Virus record (IMG/VR): IMGVR_UViG_3300036820_000020
Span: 1 to 59,104 of that record
DNA length: 59,104 bases
Direction: 5' to 3' (one strand)
Origin: a virus
Taxonomy: Duplodnaviria > Caudoviricetes
The notes under the pieces are model-generated. The model saw only the letters and a list, made by a program, of their open reading frames with translations. It had not been told where the DNA came from and searched no databases. Position 1 is the stretch's first letter. Every line of letters starts with the position of its first letter. Of this stretch, positions 58,042-59,104 are shown in pieces. The position numbers and the translations under genes are program-made.

Positions 58042-58296
58042 ATGGCCACTGTCTTACTAAGCATATACGAACAGTCGAGTTGGTCGGGGTCGAGGTCGGG
58101 GTCGGGGGCGGGGTCGGGGTCGCGGGCGGGGTCGCGGTCGCGGTCGCGGGCGGGGTCGCGGTCGAGGTCGTGGTCGTGGTCATGGTTGTGGTCACGGTCG
58201 TGGTCGTGGTCGCGGTCGGGGTCGTGGTCACGGTCGGGGTCGCGGTCGGGGTCGCGGTCGCGGTCGGGGTCGTGGTCGGGGTCGCGGTCAAATTAG
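58042..58296 (+). CDS. Ser-X repeat peptide, unit 2
   Basis: GAGG RBS; leader MATVLLSIYEQSSW. Confidence 0.7.
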   Translation: MATVLLSIYEQSSWSGSRSGSGAGSGSRAGSRSRSRAGSRSRSWSWSWLWSRSWSWSRSGSWSRSGSRSGSRSRSGSWSGSRSN

Positions 58297-58347
58297 TAAG
58301 GTCGCGGTCGGGGTCGTGGTCGGGGTCACGGTCGAATTGGTGAGGTC

Positions 58348-58536
58348 ATGGCCGTTGTCTTACTAATCGTGTACGAACAGTCGAGTTGGTCGGGGTCGCG
58401 GTCAGGGTCTCGGTGGCGTTCGCGGTCGGGGCCGCGGCCGTGGCCGTGGTCTGGGTCGCGGTCACGGTTGTGGCCGTGGCCGTGGTCGCGGTCGGGGTCG
58501 TGGTCACGGTCGCGGTCGGGGTCGCTCGGAAACTGA
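58348..58536 (+). CDS. Ser-X repeat peptide, unit 3
   Basis: GAGG RBS; leader MAVVLLIVYEQSSW. Confidence 0.7.
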   Translation: MAVVLLIVYEQSSWSGSRSGSRWRSRSGPRPWPWSGSRSRLWPWPWSRSGSWSRSRSGSLGN

Positions 58537-58537
58537 G

Positions 58538-58801
58538 ATGAACGCCGTATTACTAGCCCTATACGAACAGTCGAGTTGGTCGCGATCGCGGTTGGGGACG
58601 CGGTCGTGGTCGTGGTTGTGGTCGTGGTCGCGGTTGCGGCCTTGGCCGGGGTCGTGTTCGCGGTCGGGACCGGGGTTATGGTCGTGGTCGTGGGTGGGGT
58701 CGGGGCCGCGGTCTGGGTCGTGGTCGGGGTCGTGTTCGCTGTCGCGGTCGGGGTCTCGGTCGCGGTCGGGGTCGTGGTCGGGGTCACGGTCGAATTGGTG
58801 A
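58538..58801 (+). CDS. Ser-X repeat peptide, unit 4
   Basis: TGA-G-ATG coupling; leader MNAVLLALYEQSSW. Confidence 0.7.
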   Translation: MNAVLLALYEQSSWSRSRLGTRSWSWLWSWSRLRPWPGSCSRSGPGLWSWSWVGSGPRSGSWSGSCSLSRSGSRSRSGSWSGSRSNW

Positions 58802-58805
58802 GGTC

Positions 58806-59030
58806 ATGGCCGTTGTCTTACTAATCGTGTACGAACAGTCGAGTTGGTCGGGGTCGCGGTCAGGGTCGTGGGTGCGGTCGTGGTCGTGGGTGCGGTCGTG
58901 GTCGCGGTCGCGGTCGCGGTCGTGGTCGTGGTTGTGGCCGTGGCCGCGGTCGCGGTCGGGGTCGTGGTCACGGTCGCGGTCGGGGTCGCGGTCACAGTCG
59001 GGGTCGGAGTCAAGGTCAACAATTAAATGA
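58806..59030 (+). CDS. Ser-X repeat peptide, unit 5
   Basis: GAGG RBS; leader MAVVLLIVYEQSSW; stop overlaps the helicase ATG. Confidence 0.7.
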   Translation: MAVVLLIVYEQSSWSGSRSGSWVRSWSWVRSWSRSRSRSWSWLWPWPRSRSGSWSRSRSGSRSQSGSESRSTIK

Positions 59031-59104
59031 GCGCAATCTTTACATCCTTGTTTCCCTCCGATCTCGGCTTGCCGCCTAAATTCACGTCTTATCGGCGCCA
59101 TCAA
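58978..59104. repeat. Direct terminal repeat, copy 2
   Basis: Identical to 1-127. Confidence 0.95.

Noticed and set aside
57825-59030. CRISPR array or DGR interpretation of the repeat/variable pattern
   Set aside because: The variable parts are 150-220-bp low-complexity hexamer runs and the constant parts contain stop-RBS-ATG. There is no cas operon and no reverse transcriptase.
57337-59104. Poly-Val/Ala/Gly ORFs on + and Thr-Pro or Asp-Arg/Pro ORFs on -
   Set aside because: These are alternative frames of the same hexamer repeat and lack an RBS or coupled start. The 57340-57828 'fusion' ORF really starts at ATG 57544.

Overview
The window is a complete, circularly assembled ~58,977-bp dsDNA tailed phage genome; bases 1-127 are repeated at 58978-59104. 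It is podovirus-like, with portal, scaffold, capsid, nozzle and ejection-type proteins and no tape measure or sheath. The + strand replication block (about 54.2 kb through the join to 12.5 kb) encodes an HTH regulator, an orphan ParB-family protein, an AAA/MCM-like ATPase, a DinG-like helicase, a Tad1 anti-Thoeris sponge, a PD-(D/E)XK nuclease, a Sak4-like ATPase, a glycosyltransferase/methyltransferase cluster, an ERCC4 nuclease and a UDG-fused family A DNA polymerase. The - strand block (47.2 to 12.6 kb) holds packaging and virion genes. I recognised no integrase, ParA, primase, endolysin or tRNA. Four observations stand out. (1) A 13-bp palindrome TGTAG-N3-CTACA occurs at least 10 times across the genome and closely resembles the RK2 KorB operator, alongside an HTH + ParB operon lacking ParA. 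(2) A 28-bp XerC/XerD dif-like site lies in the large non-coding region, suggesting integrase-free lysogeny or plasmid-like maintenance. (3) Six translationally coupled mini-genes with a conserved leader and a variable (Ser-X)n body surround a small Sm-like protein gene. (4) Short tandem 'stutter' repeats occur at most gene junctions and in frame within ORFs, together with a PolA carrying Asn in place of the O-helix fidelity Tyr. All calls come from reading motifs by eye; no database searches were run.
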